From NCBI RefSeq assembly GCF_009914755.1, contig NC_060938.1: DNA of 64,000 nucleotides, one strand, 5' to 3'. Of this stretch, positions 1 through 13,974 are shown one piece after another. The stretch's first letter is position 1; every line of letters begins with the position of its first letter. The stretch comes from the human T2T-CHM13v2.0 reference genome, Homo sapiens. The translations under genes were made by a program, and so were the position numbers. Below the pieces are notes generated by a model. The model was not told the origin of the DNA. It ran no database searches and worked only from the letters and a program-made list of their open reading frames with translations.

Positions 1-1699
1 AAATGTATAAAATAAGACTAATATAATCTGTACAGTGTCCAGCTTACTTTTTCAACTCTTTATTTTATTGTCTTAAGCTATTTTAAAACTCCAGATAGCA
101 AATGAATAGTAATACCAATTATTCTTGATTATAGAGATTCAAATTAATTGCATCCTGTGGAATGTAACTGATTATTGTCCTGTAAATATTTGTTTTGCAT
201 CTATCTGTAAGTGCATTTTAGAGTTCCTTATTCCCAATATGTCTCTCCAATCTTTGAATTCTCCTTTGTACTACTTGAAAACTATTACCAGGTTCCTTCT
301 TAATAAGTAAGTTTAATAAAATCTTTCACATGTGTTCAGTACATGTAAGTATTAGAATCATGATTATACACTAAATTGCTATTCTTTAACATAAATGACT
401 CTAAATAAAGATTATAAATTAGAATTACTATATTTAAGATTTGATTAAGTTAACAATTCATTTGCTGCTATAGAACTTCTGTTTTGCTCAAATTTACAAA
501 CAATAAGCTCTTAAACTTGGAGTATGTATAAAGTAACTAATAAATAATGGTCAGTATTTCAAAAACAATCACTTTTTACAAAGCCAAGTCTTCAAGATCA
601 GATGAATGTAGGCCTCTGTTGGGATGACATAATACTTACTGTCAAAGGAATTTACTCCTGAGTGGAGTAAAACAAAGCTGTAAATGCAAACAGGCAGCAG
701 ATAACACAATTTCTTTTTTTCTCTCTCTCTTTTTACCATAAGAGGCAGATCAGGCCAGAATGTCTGAAAGGGTAATTAGAAGATCATTCTACTCACTACA
801 AAGCCTGAATTTCCCTGGAATTACTGCAAAGATGCTTAGAGGTTTCCAGAGCTAATTAAAAATGCTAAGAAGCAAATTAACACTTTCTCTCTAATAAACT
901 GCAAACAGATAGTTAAGTCCCTTTAATAATGTTCCAAAGTCCCCCAAACAGCTGGAGCAAGCCCAAACAGATTGAAGTCAACAAAGCAGGCAATGTGAAA
1001 TAAAGGCACCATGCCCAGGGTATTTGGATGGCCAAAGATGGAATGGGAAAAAAATTAAGGTACATCCTAACTGAGAGTGTGAAGGAGCTTGATGAGAATA
1101 CACAGAAGTTAGTAAAAATAAAAGTTTAGTAACCTACACTTTCTTTCAGCATTTGTTCAGTACCATTTGCTGATTTCCATCACTATGGTTCTTTTCATTT
1201 TAAATATAGCTATTTATTTGATATTTTCTCCATCTAAATCACATGTCTCGCTTTCTGTTGGTTTTCTAGCATCCAGCGAAGTGCAAAACCAGAATAGCTC
1301 TTTGATATTTTTTGATAAATAAATGGATGAGTAAGTAAAAGAATTAATGGATTGATGATATAACATGTGCAGGCAAAGCTTAGAAATGTTAAGAAAATAC
1401 TTACAATTTCTATTGAAAATGAAATATTTTGGCTTGTGATAATTCATCCTTTGTTTGAAAATCACTTTTTTTATCTCCTTTTCAAGCTGTTATTTATTTC
1501 CCACCAAAGAGCCAGAGTCACTTTTTATAAATAATACAATAGATAGATCTTACCCTTCTGCCATCCAAAACTCCCCAAGTTCCCCTAAAAGACAGTTTAG
1601 CCGAAATCCAAACTCAACCCTCCACCCGAGTCCCTGATTCCCTGACACATATTTTACCATGCTCCCTCTTACCCACTCACTTCCTAACTTTAGCCTCAC

Positions 1700-2060
1700 C
1701 ACTCATTCTGTGTCTCTGAGTCATGACAGTCCCTTTCTTGCCCCAAAGTCTTCCACTGTGCTCTTTCCTACTAATGGAATTATCTTCTTTTCCAAGTTTA
1801 TTCAGAACTCTGATCAAGTATCAATTTCTTGGAAAGATCTTCCCTAAGAACTCTATCATTTTACTTTACTTTTTAAAACATTGATAGCACTAATTCATCA
1901 CTTAAAATCATTTTATGTATTTATGTGTTTACTTGTTCACTTTCGACAAAAAAAAAACAAAAAAAAACCTTTCAGTCTTTGTTCACATCTTTATTCCCAC
2001 AGTAAAGACTGTGCCTAGAAAATAGTACATGTGCAATACATATTTGTTGAAATAATTAAT
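1700..2060 (+). mobile_element. LINE L2 3' end fragment
   Basis: Ends in the L2 3' motif GTGCCTAGAAAATAGTACATGTGCAATACATATTTGTTGAAATAA; boundaries approximate. Confidence 0.55.
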
Positions 2061-2173
2061 GTTTAGATATAGGAGAATAAATTTAAATGTTGTAAGTAAT
2101 GGTGTTTATAGAAAGATTCAACGATGTAAAGGTTAAATTAATTTTCAAGTTTCGAGATCCAAATAAGAATTAG

Positions 2174-2335
2174 CAACTAAGACTCTTCTTGACCAAATTA
2201 GAGTCAGGCTCTCCTTAGTGTTCTTTTTGAGGCCTTGACTTTGGGCTCTGTCCTTAGCCCACTTAGTCCAGTTTCAGCAAGAGTGCTAGGTCGATTTAGC
2301 AAAAATCCCTCACCCTTGATACTGACCAAATTCTA
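2174..2335 (+). mobile_element. MER31-type ERV1 LTR, 5' fragment
   Basis: GACTCTTCTTGACCAAATTAGAGTCAGGCTC...CCCTCACCCTTGATA resembles the recalled MER31 5' consensus. Confidence 0.6.
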
Positions 2336-2344
2336 ACACAGACC

Positions 2345-2604
2345 CTAGTATTTATGGCTACTTGGTATAGGACAGGCTGGTATCATTTGTGGGGAAATAT
2401 ATATATATATATGATATCATGTTTTCAAAAGTTAATTTTCCTTAGGTAAAAAAAAACAAGTCTAGATTGCTACCTCCTACACACAACAAATATCAGTTGG
2501 GTCAAAAACCTAAATGTGAAAAACAAGATGTTGTAAAAAATTAAAAATATATATATTTGGAGAACAACTTTATGACCCTGAGGTAGAGAAGTCTTTCCTA
2601 ATAA

Positions 2605-2640
<36 letters not shown>

Positions 2641-2885
2641 ATAATGGAGGCAATAGATAAATTCAGCTACAACAAAATTAAAAACCTTTGTAAAGAAAAG
2701 ACTATAAAAATGTCAACAGATAAGCAACAGTATAAAAAATATATTAGCAACCCTTAGCAATGAGATCAATTTTCAGGATGCCTAGATATCAATAAAGAAA
2801 AGAAAAAAAAAAAGTAACAATAAACCCAGTGGGGAAAAATGGTAAAGAATGTGCACAGGAGATTCATAAGAGAGGACATGACGAT
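2345..2885 (+). mobile_element. Old L1 (L1M) ORF2 3' fragment
   Basis: L1 motifs ACCTAAATGTGAAAA, TTTATGACCCTGAGGTAG and ATAGATAAATTCAGCTACAACAAAATTAAAAAC. Confidence 0.6.
2610..2639. repeat. (CA)n microsatellite
   Basis: Uninterrupted CA run of about 14 units. Confidence 0.95.
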
Positions 2886-3840
2886 AGAAAATAATAACAC
2901 CTGATTTTAAATAAATATATTTATAGGCAAAGTCATAATTATCAATTATTCTTCAGGTTGCTTAACTGTATTTTTATCACTCAAAGAATAGCAGACTCCA
3001 CCCCCACACCCAGCCAAAGTGCTCACTGTAGCAGGAGAGTGCCTTGTCTTTCAACCTGTGTCCTCCAGATCCTTTCTCAATGGCTATGGCTCAGGCCCAC
3101 AGGATAATTAGCTGACGGTTTAAGTTCAACTTTGTGGGTTAATTAGCTGATTGTTGAAATTACTTACTGACTTTTACTTCAACTAAAATTATCACAGGTA
3201 TGTGTTATGTGTGTTCCCTAGCATAAAGCAATTTCACAAGGACATTTTTAAAGATAAAAGAAAAAGAACCACCATTTATTCTGATATTTTTGGAAGTGAA
3301 TTTCTGAGTATAATGGTAATTTGTACAAATGTATTAGTCTCTTCCCCTAATAGTCCTACTGGGATACCAACTGCATATTAAAATTAGGAAATATGTTCAT
3401 CCATACTGGAAAACAGAGATAAGTAGCAGTCTTTTGCTGGAGAAATCAAATAATTATGTGTGTGTGTATATATATAATTATATATATAATTTATAATTTA
3501 TATATAAATATATACTTTTTAATTTAATTTTTTTTTTCTCAGAATTGATCATAATGAAGAAAGGGTGACTTAAGCAAAACTTCCTATGAAGGAACAGTTT
3601 GTCTATGTGTAAATGAAAGAAACAGAATTTCAGTAATCTTCCCTAACCTGAGAAGCCAAGACAGAATGTAGGACAGTCAGGAGATGCGTCTGCTTAGAAC
3701 CAGTAACTTTCTAAAGTGCACTAGGTTAAAGGCCACTACATTTTTTATCCTTGGCCTATTCTGGTTTAGACAGACATGCCACTGTCAATACTATTGCTCA
3801 CATCTGATGAAGAAGAAACTGCCAGGCAAAAGGGAGCACC

Positions 3841-4215
<375 letters not shown>

Positions 4216-4903
4216 TTACTTCAGTATCAAACTAAGTGCCACGGCTGCCTTTGCTTAGGCCACATTCCTTATCTGCTATGGTTGCTCTTAACACTGAACA
4301 AACAAATTCAAATAATGACAACTCTGATCTCTCCTTTTCTCTTTCAATGAAGCTTAAAAGAACTGATCAGAATTTACAAACTCTTGTCCCAGTGCGGGCT
4401 AAGACTAGTCTTGATAAGAATGATCAACAGGAAAAGTCTACGTAAATTTAAGTTTACGTGAATAATTAGAAAAAGCTCTTTCTTATGTAATAAACCTAAT
4501 GTAAACTTGTAGGAAAAGATTGTATAAAACATTTGACTTGTGATCACAACAAGATAAGAGGGCATGTCTTCTATGCTACTAGACTTGGAAGTTTCAAGTT
4601 ATTCTGAAAATAATTATTAAAGCAAGAAAAATTGTTTTGCATATTGAAAATATTTATTGGTAAACTATGAATAGTAAAATAGTATAAAACTAATTGATAT
4701 CTCAGCAAATCCTGGTGTGAATTTTGAATTTTAAGGATTAAGAAATTATTCCATAAAGAGCGAGAGCAACCAATCGAAACATAAAAGCATTTTGCCATGC
4801 TGCTTCTCAATAAGTATAAAGGTCACAACAAAGAGGAGTGAATAATAATGAAAATAACATTTAGCCCGTGAATAACTGCTGTTCAAATGTAGAGTATGTT
4901 TTC

Positions 4904-5213
<310 letters not shown>

Positions 5214-6115
5214 TAGTTTGTCAATGGCAGAGTTCAGATTACGTTCTCTGTCTTCAAAGTCTGGATTGTTGACTACTGCCTTTCTCAGAGTTTCATGTGA
5301 GAATCAAAAATTCAAACTTCAGTAAATTGTTCTTCCAGTTCAAGCACAGAAAAATATATTTACATACTACCATATTTCAGAATTAAACTTCCCACACAGA
5401 CTTTTGGATTAAAAAAATGCAGGCTATTAATCATGGTAAGTGTTCAGGAATGGAGAAATCAGGATTTAATAATGGCAGTGATTAAGAAAAAAAATCTATT
5501 ACAAAAATTGCAAGACTAATGCAAATTCTAAATTAATCATTGCTAAAATTTAATGTAAATATCAGAGCAACTTCTTTGAGAAAAACTGCAGTCAAATTAA
5601 TAAAATTATTCTACATCTAATAATTGAATTTAGATTTAATAGGAAAGTTAAATGGAAGAAGTAAATGAGAAAGGAATAAGTATGCTACACTTTTTGGAGA
5701 ATAAATATGGTTTCAATTGTATATAGGTAATTAAAAAATTTAAGTCTAAATATGTTCTTATTAATTATAAGTAATTACTAATAGATAAAAATAGAATATA
5801 TACCTTCTAAATCAAAGATGGGGAAAAATAAAATACTATAATATGTTAGGGAAATGTCTATAATAAAATAATGTAAAAAAAAGTGCACTATGTGATTTTA
5901 TTTTTGTACCTTTTCCTTATACTTTTCACATTATCTAAAAGAAATGTTATCAAATTTTGAGTAAGAAAAATATTTTAAATGGTAGATTGCAAAAACAAGA
6001 GACTCAATTTTATCAACTAAAACAGAAATTTAGAAAACAACGAAGAAAACAAGGGAGGAAGGAAGGTGGGAAGGAAAATGTTCAATAGTTTATTTTGTTT
6101 TGTATAAAAACTTTG

Positions 6116-6803
6116 TGTCAACCTCTAAGGACAAATAAAAATTAAAAAGAAAAAGCTTCATTCTTCCAGCTTCCAGATAATAGTAAGAGAAGACCTTTTT
6201 TTTTTTTTTTTTTTTTTTTTGTTAGAACCTTTACTTTCTTTTCTCTTTGAAATGTATATAAATCCTTTTCAAAACTAGATAGGTCATTTGTCAGCTTTAT
6301 GACCCAGGGATGTCTTTCTCAAAGATCTGAGAGCCATCTCTTTGACATGTAAAAATCAAGGAAGATAGCAGCCCAATCTCCAACTTTCTGTGGGAAGGCA
6401 AGAGCCTGACTTCAGTGCCTTTATTCCAAGTTTTAAAACTACCTCCTGTCATAAAGAAATGAGAAGATTGTTTCTCCAGAAGAAAAAGGTAACTAGCTAG
6501 CATGGATGGTCCCCCTAATTACCAGGTAAAGTGAGGATGAACTATGTGAGCAAATGATGCTGTCAAGTCCTCTTACTTGAGGACTAGTTACTGCTTATCT
6601 TGGAAAGATGTTATATATCTGCTTGGCTATATAAAACGGTGAGATTTCTTTCTGTCTTTGCAATTTCTTAGCAGATTGCCTGTGATGAGCTTCGCATTCT
6701 GATTTGATATTATTCCATAGTGAAAGAATTTTCCTTCTTTTTACCTTTGTGGAGAGAATTTCTAGGCTGGGAGAATGTGTTATTTTAAATTATATTTTCC
6801 CAT
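6116..6803 (+). mobile_element. ERV1 solo LTR, probably MER67-type
   Basis: GAGCCATCTCTTTGACATGTAAA, GCTGTCAAGTCCTCTTACTTGAGGACTAGTTA, TATA box CTATATAAAA; subfamily from recall; contains a T25 tract. Confidence 0.65.
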
Positions 6804-8146
6804 CAATCCATAGCAATTCATCTGAATTATGAGTTTCAGGATGTTATCTCCTTTCTTTCTCTCTTCCTCTCTGAGCAAATAAGGTATTAATTGTTCTCTA
6901 TTTAGTAAAGAAAAAATTTGAGGTGTAGAAAAAAAAGAGATCAAAGAGCTAACAAAACTTTAGGTACTATTAATACATTACAAGCATTGCCTCATAAAGA
7001 CTTCTAAGAAAGTATTCTACAGAGTTTAGCAGTCAAGCTCTAAATATGAAGTCTGTGATGCATAGACATTCCTGAGATGATGAACAGTATGTGCCTGCCA
7101 AAAAATCCTTGCATTTTAGAGCATTCATCTCCCTATCTTAAGGAATTTAGGAGTACAAGCTCTCTGGCAATCAGGAAAAAACATTGTCTGAATTCAATTT
7201 CTATGGACTTCCTTTATCTCTCTTAGCCTGCTCCTCTCCTCAGACAAGGATCTCTTCTCTTTTGTTTAGGATCAGAGCTCTAGCAAAGGTAGATTTGGTT
7301 GACGTACTATGTGTGTTTTCTTCTTTAAGTTGTATTTATTTTGTTTAGACACACACATGGGCTCATCTTTGTGAAAATTTAGAAGACATTAATTCTAGGT
7401 CTTCTATTGAAGAACTTAATATTTGTTATTTATTTAAATGCCAACTGAAATTATTAATAATGAAAAGTTTGCTTGGCCCTCACAAATAAATATATTTATC
7501 TATAATATAAATACTGAAGAAACTTGCCTAGGAATAGAACTTGATGGCATTTGTTATTTGGCAAATTTTTGTTGAAGCCAATCCTCAATCCATACTGGGT
7601 GCCAGTACTCTAGATTAGCATTTTGAATGTTTCCCTTCCATCTCTTCCTTATGTCTAGCCACCTACCATTCTTGGAATCCATGTCCCGGATTGGATGAAA
7701 AATCATGGCTCTAGATATTTCATCCAAGAACATGTTCCAGACTACAGTACTGTTAAAAAAAACACACACACACACAGGGAATTGTGAAAGGTTAATTATA
7801 CTGAGGTACATTCAAACTCAATTATTGCCTCATGAAGACTACTGAAAATCCTGTTACAGGTATCTATCAGAACATGTTATTAATTGCCAATAGATCAAAA
7901 ATAATACCAGTATTAATTGTGAATTTTAAGAACACATACAATCTCCATTTACTTGGAAGATCAGGTATCAAAAAAAAAAGATATGGTAGATTTTGTGAGT
8001 TATCACAAAATTGATATGTGACAACCTTTGAACTATAAATCACAAAGCTGTCGTTTTGTTACTGGTGAATTAGGATCACAGTAAATATTACATTAGCATC
8101 ACACAGAAATGCTGAGGGAAATGTATATGCATGCCTATGCACACTG

Positions 8147-8211
8147 GTATGTGTATGTCTCTGTGTGTGTGTGTGTGTGTGTGTGTGTCTGTATGTATGT
8201 CTCTGTGTGTG
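8147..8211. repeat. (TG)n compound microsatellite
   Basis: Pure TG core at 8162-8188 with degenerate flanks. Confidence 0.9.
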
Positions 8212-8587
8212 CTTGAGCCCATAATAAAGAAAATGTCCTGGTGTGCAAAACCAAGAACAAACTGCCATTAGAGCAGTAATGAACCTATTGCTGCTAGAGG
8301 ACAGAAAGTGGGTGGGAGAGGAGAGGTTATATCATCTCCATTAACTAAAAGTCTTGCTTTCCAACTCTTCCATCCACCTCTTTCTTTGCAGAAGATGGAG
8401 ATCTTAGACTTTAATGCCAGTACAGAAAACATGGATAAATTCTTGAACTTCATAAGAAAACTATTAACTGGAACCCTCAAGGGGAGGAATAATTGGTAAA
8501 AAAAAAAAAAAAAAAAAAAAAAGATACAATATGGATTAGACAAAATTGTGGAAATCTGTCCAGGAAAGAGTGCTTTTCTGTACTAAC

Positions 8588-8787
8588 CTAGTCAGCCAAC
8601 ATTTTTTTGTAAAGGGCTTTATAAGTGGTAAGGTCTCTGTCCTGACTTCTTAACTCTATCATTTCAGTGCAAAGGCAGCCAAAGACAACAGGTAAATATG
8701 GGTGTGGCTATGTCCCAATAAGCCTATATTTACAAAAGCAGATGTTGGGTGGGATTTGGCTCATGGGCTCTAGCTTGTTTTTCCCTG
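8588..8787 (-). mobile_element. MER58A hAT-Charlie MITE
   Basis: GCAGCCAAAGACAA...GGGTGTGGCTATGTCCCAATAA...TATTTACAAAAGCAG...GATTTGGC matches MER58A in reverse. Confidence 0.8.
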
Positions 8788-10094
8788 TCCTACACTTGAG
8801 ATTAAATTAAATATCTCAACCAGGAATTCAAAATCCATGGTGTTGATTTTTTTCCTCATAAGAGGAAGGTTAGGGAGACAAAAACTTTAGACCCCTAATG
8901 CTGCAGTTGATTCTGAGGCCATAAGTGGTACTTGTCATCACCTTCTTCTACCAACCATTCTAGATTCCTTCTGTCTTCTCTTAGTACCTTGTGCTATATC
9001 TGTATGTGATATTTCCTAAGGAGTGACCCAGTCTCTTATAACTCAAAGGTCTGAGTTCCTGGGTACCATGCCCCTATCAAATCATTTTCCCACATTTGTC
9101 CATTTACAGATAAGTGGAGAAAGAAGCTACAAAAATAAGACCCCATAAATTACCTGAGCTTACTTCTCATCATGACTAAAGTCAATTACTTCCACAGTGT
9201 AGTAGCTCCTTTCTGTGTTTATTGTTCTAGACCCACATGAACAGATGGAAGCTTGAGCTCTATGTTATGCAGGATTCTTACTTTTCCTCACTTTCCCCGG
9301 GAAAAGTGTTATCCGTTTGAGAGCCAGCATCACTATGGCCATTGATCCTAAGGAGTAGGAGTATAAATCACTTCTTTTGGTTTCTGAAAGCAATGGTGAC
9401 TAGAGGTACTTCTACTTCTATGATCTCATTTTAAGATCCATATATTCTACTTAGTAACACAACAGCATATAGTGAGCATCATTTAAGATGGATACTGTAC
9501 CCTGAAGGATAATAGCCCATTCTCAGAGGGTGTCATCTCCAAACTGGTACCTAGACTACACCTAAAAGATGCTGCTCTAATTCTCTATTTGATGGCAATT
9601 TCAGAATGATGCAGTATATGGTAGGACCAATGCTTCCCATGGCAAGGGGTCCACTGCTGCTATAGTGGGAAGCATCAGGGTTTCTACTTGACCCTTTCTA
9701 TTAAATAGTACTTACCCTAAAGGCTGAAGAACCAATGTGAAGGTTCTGTCAAATGCTATGTCCATTATAATTACACCACGTTGACAGTGGGGAATGACAA
9801 CTGGGGTACTATATGGAGAGCCTGCAGGTAAATTAAGGTTCCAGTACCAGAGCAGGTAGCAACCTGCCCTAACAGAAAACAAAGGGGAACTGGGCATGGG
9901 TGTTTATAGTGTGCCTTTCATGGAATACTTCTTTTACCTAGTGCATATCCTAATTCCTAGATGTCCTATATGAGACCAGGGGATCCCTCATGCAGAAAAT
10001 GTGTTTATACTGATAGATGCCCTTGCAGTTCTTATCTCACCCATGTTCAGTTTATACCTGCATGACCATTGCTTTGTTGCTGCGAGGGTACAAT

Positions 10095-10645
10095 GTTCTC
10101 CTTGGTGTTCTCAGTAACAAAGGACAGGGGGAGAATTCTGGGAAACCTGGCCTGGGGTAGCACGTAGTTCAGATGGAAGGAGCAAATTTAATACATCACC
10201 ACTAAAGGAAATAAGTTCAGAGTTGTTTACTTACAGATCCTCAGGAAGGAGGGTATAATTAGCTGGGAGGGCAGTCCTCCATTTCTGGGTCATCAAAGCA
10301 GGAATGAAGAGTCAGCAGGCAGAAGGAGAGAGAGAGAGCACTCATGAGCACATGCACATAGCAACTAGCAGTATACATAAGGGAATAAGGCAGTGGTCAC
10401 TTTAAATTTGTGGGCAAATGCCCGAAACTTAAAGTCCTTTTAAAGGAAATGGAAATCCGATTGCTCAGTCTGCTAGGTGAGACAGATGCCCCTAAGTTCT
10501 TATCTCTGGCCACTGGCTTGAACCATGGGTGGGGTGTAGAACTATAAACTGTCAAGGGTGACTGAGCCCTGCTTCTGATATGAGAAGCACTTTTGAACTT
10601 GTATTAAAAAATGGATGCAGAGACAACATAAAAGAATTTACTATA
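10095..10645 (-). mobile_element. ERVL-class solo LTR (LTR47/LTR53/MER73-like group; subfamily uncertain)
   Basis: Reverse complement begins TATAGTAAATTCTTTTATGTTGTCTCTGCATCCATTTT...AGAAGCAGGGCTCAGTCACCCTTGACA; left end approximate. Confidence 0.6.
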
Positions 10646-10786
10646 GGTGCCAAAGAAGCCAAGCATCTTTTGAGATGGACCTCATTTAGGATTCTGAATA
10701 TTACCTGGCCCCTAAACACCCCCAGCTTAACATGGAGCTATGATTATACTTTAATTATCTGTGTATCTACATCAAATCAAATTTTA

Positions 10787-11138
10787 TGCTATATATTGAA
10801 TGTTTGTGTCCCCCCACCCCAAATTCATAAGCTATTCCCACCCCCCAAAGTGATGATGTTAGGAGGTGGAGTGATTACATCATGAGGGTGAAACTCTCAT
10901 GGGCAGGATTAGTGCCCTTGTAAAAGAGGCCTCAGAGAGGCCCATGACCCAATTGCCATGGAAGATTACAGTGAAGAGAGGGCTGTCTATGAGGAAGTGG
11001 TCCCTTAGCAGACGACATATCTTCTGGCTGGTTGATCTTAGACTTTTCACCCCTAAAACTGTGAGAAATAAATTTATGTTGTTTATAAGCCACCTAGTCT
11101 CTGGTATTTTGTTTCAGCAGCTGGAACAGACTAAGACA
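10787..11138 (+). mobile_element. MLT1A/MLT1A0 MaLR solo LTR
   Basis: TG...CA ends; TGAATGTTTGTGTCCCC start; GTGAGAAATAAATTTATGTTGTTTATAAGCCACCTAGTC...GACTAAGACA end. Confidence 0.85.
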
Positions 11139-11424
11139 CCTTGAATCAAATAGCCTTCACAAACCTACATGTTTTCCCTTTTTTAAAAGCATATGACTAA
11201 CCAATAGAATAATCACATGGCCCTTTGCAGGAAGTCGGGGACTCACTACTGCAAATGCTCCCCGTGGTGCCCCATGGTCTTTCCGCCTGAGGTCTCAACC
11301 TCTCCTTCAGTCACTGGTTTCTGAGAACAGGTTCAGTTCAGAAAAGTGGGTAAGGGACATGTGAAATGTGAGTTAGCTTGGGAAGGCTTGGCTCAACCTT
11401 TTGCTCATCCATTCTTGATATTTT

Positions 11425-11765
11425 CTGTATATATAGAATATATATACAGAATCAATATATATAGAAAATACATAATCTAGATATATAGAAATGATCAATA
11501 ATAGATGAGCAGAAGGCTGAGATAAGCCTTGTGTTTCTGTATGTGCTTGTGTGCATATACACACGTTTAAATGTACATGTGTTCTAGGCATATGAAGGTA
11601 TACAGGTACATATTCCTATGTACCTATATAGAAAAGATCAAGAACATATTTGTGTACATATATATATATGTGTATGTCTGAAGATAGATAAATATATAGA
11701 GATGTAGAAAGGTACAAATATATAGATATAGATGATATAGCTAGATTGAGATATATTGATACAGA
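11425..11765. repeat. TA/GATA/TG low-complexity tract
   Basis: Degenerate ATAT, AGAT and GTGT units splitting the ERVL internal region. Confidence 0.7.
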
Positions 11766-13002
11766 TATTATTGCTGGCTTCCAAAATACTTTGGCTCTAT
11801 GAATATTATATTCTCTATGTAAGTTCCAAAGATCCCTGTAAGTCAGGGCTTCCTTGCTGCCATTCATATATGCTACTTATAATTACATCCACATTGTTCT
11901 GACAGTTAAATGCTTCTACTTGGCTCAGTAATTCTGAAATCCTGTTATCTCTGTTGTTACTAGAATGCCCAACTGTTTTACAGCATTTCTTTTCATTACC
12001 ACAGCCTACAGAAGATGACAACCTCTTAGCTTCTCAATAATGCTTGTGCCTCTCTTATAAGGGCATTTCTCACTGACTTGGTAAATGGAATGCACTCCAG
12101 CTTTCCTATAGAATATAATGAGCTTGGGATATTTTGGTCCTATAGAGTACACCTATTCTAGCACACAGACTTCTCTGAGCTTTTTCTCTTTCTCCAAAGG
12201 GCATAGCAGATCAGGCATCGTTTAATATGTGCTGTCACTTTTATACAGCCTCCAGGATCCATCCAGTTAGTGTATTACAACATTCTCCCGGGTCCTTTGC
12301 CGAGCTGTTAAATACTATGTCACAGAAAGGAGCCCTCGTATGTTTAACTCACAATATAGGAAAAAATCTCAACATAACTCAAATGGGGAACAAATTTTCT
12401 CTCATCTAGGAGGAAGTGTTTTTTGTTTGTTTGATCCAGGCCACTTGAGATATATTACCGGGCTTGTTCTCCCAGTTTCTGCTGGTAATGTTAGCTAGTA
12501 CCTACAGTTTCTTTAGTATATTTCCCTTTTCTACCTTTAATAGGAACAGAAATCCTCTAGTTAAATTATGCAATTATGCTGAGATTTCCCCTAACTCTAG
12601 GAACCTGGAGGTTAAAGTTTCTGAAGTACATATACCTAGTATCCCTACCCCAAATCTCACATCTGACTACTCCCCTGTCAGGTCTCTGACTTTCTTGGGC
12701 TAAATAATAAGGTTTCTTTGAAATTCTGCCACTCCTAAAATTAATATTCAGCTCTGTCTGCTATCCAGATGTAGGAGAGAAGTCTTTTGCAATGCTGCCA
12801 AGGAAGCACTCTCACACTTTGCATGAAAATATGCAAGTCTAAAATAACATACAAATAATAAAATGTGAGTAAAAACTAAAAACACTGATGTTTATCATTT
12901 GCACAGACATAATAAAAAGGAATTCATATGCTTTATGTTATAAATTATATATTAAAAATATAAGTTGTTAAAACACTCGAATAGAAACATGGGGCTAAGT
13001 AA

Positions 13003-13432
13003 TGTGTTAGCTTTGATTATTCTTCAGCAAATATTATTTCCCCCTTTCCTTCTAACCTCCATAGAAAGAGTATCTTTCACGATGAATTTGGTATTGAGCT
13101 TGACCAGTGAATTTCTGTAGTCAATAAGATGTTAGCAAATGAGACAAAATGAGACATGAGCAGAGACTTTCAATGTGCTTCCCTCTAGTGTTCCTTCCTT
13201 TTATCATAAGAAGAACATGCCTTAGGTAGCTGCTGATTCAACAAGGATAAAAGACACATGAGGATAACTTTGACCCAATCAGCAGTTTAAAGCAAAGCCC
13301 AGCCAAATGATTACCTGAACATCAACCAAGTTGCAGACATATAAGTGGAAAGCAAATGTCTTCTCCTACATGCCACTAAACTTTGCAGTGATTTGTTATA
13401 TATCATTATTATGGTAATGGATGATTGATACA
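13003..13432 (+). mobile_element. MLT1 (MLT1I-like) MaLR solo LTR
   Basis: AAGAAGAACATGCCTTAGGTAGCTGCTG; ends GCCACT...TTTGTTAT...TGATACA. Confidence 0.75.
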
Positions 13433-13485
13433 ACTTCTTAAGTGGAGCATGGTTGTATTCTATGACCCAGGAATTTGATGTATTT

Positions 13486-13902
13486 TGATAAAAGAAAAAC
13501 TTCAGCTGAATTAAATTTAAAGGAGTTTAATTAAGCAGTGAACAATTAGCGAATTAGGTAGCCCCCATAATCACAGCAGATTAACATAGACTCCAGTGCA
13601 GAAGATTTATAGACAAAAAAAGGGAAATGACATACAGAAATTGGAAGTGAAATACAGAATGACAGGGTTGGCTACAGCTCAGCATATGACTTATTGGAAC
13701 ACAGTTTGAACACTCAGCAGTGTATGAACGGTTGAAGTATGGCCACTGGGATTGGCCAAGACTTAGCTATTGTTACAGGTGCATACTCCTAAGTTAGGTT
13801 GTCAATGTTGTCTGACTGTTAAGCCAGGTTACAGTTCATCCACAAAGACTCAAATATAGAAGTACGAAGTTCTTCTCAAGCCATATTTAGTTTGCTTTAA
13901 CA
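13486..13902 (-). mobile_element. MER57A(1) ERV1 solo LTR
   Basis: Reverse complement starts TGTTAAAGCAAACTAAATATGG; TG..CA termini; flanks ATTT/ATGT; inserted in an old L1 3' fragment. Confidence 0.85.
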
Positions 13903-13974
13903 ATGTCTATCCTGGACAATTTCTCATACATGTGTGTAAGGAGATATGTAAAATTATGTTCATGGCAGTACTAC

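Larger units (their letters stand above)
8870..12800 (-). mobile_element. ERVL/MaLR internal region (MLT1-int/ERVL-int-like), with decayed gag and integrase, interrupted by later insertions
   Basis: Minus strand 9481-9660 translates QQWTPCHGKHWSYHILHHSEIA / IEN*...QFGDDTL*EWAIILQGTVSILN (ERVL integrase-like); 11770-12000 gives SQVEAFNCQ and LTYRDLW (ERVL gag-like). Confidence 0.75.

Noticed and set aside
8498-8522. Orphan A25 tract as a possible retrocopy tail
   Set aside because: No TSD and no recognisable upstream mRNA or SINE body; treated as a simple homopolymer.
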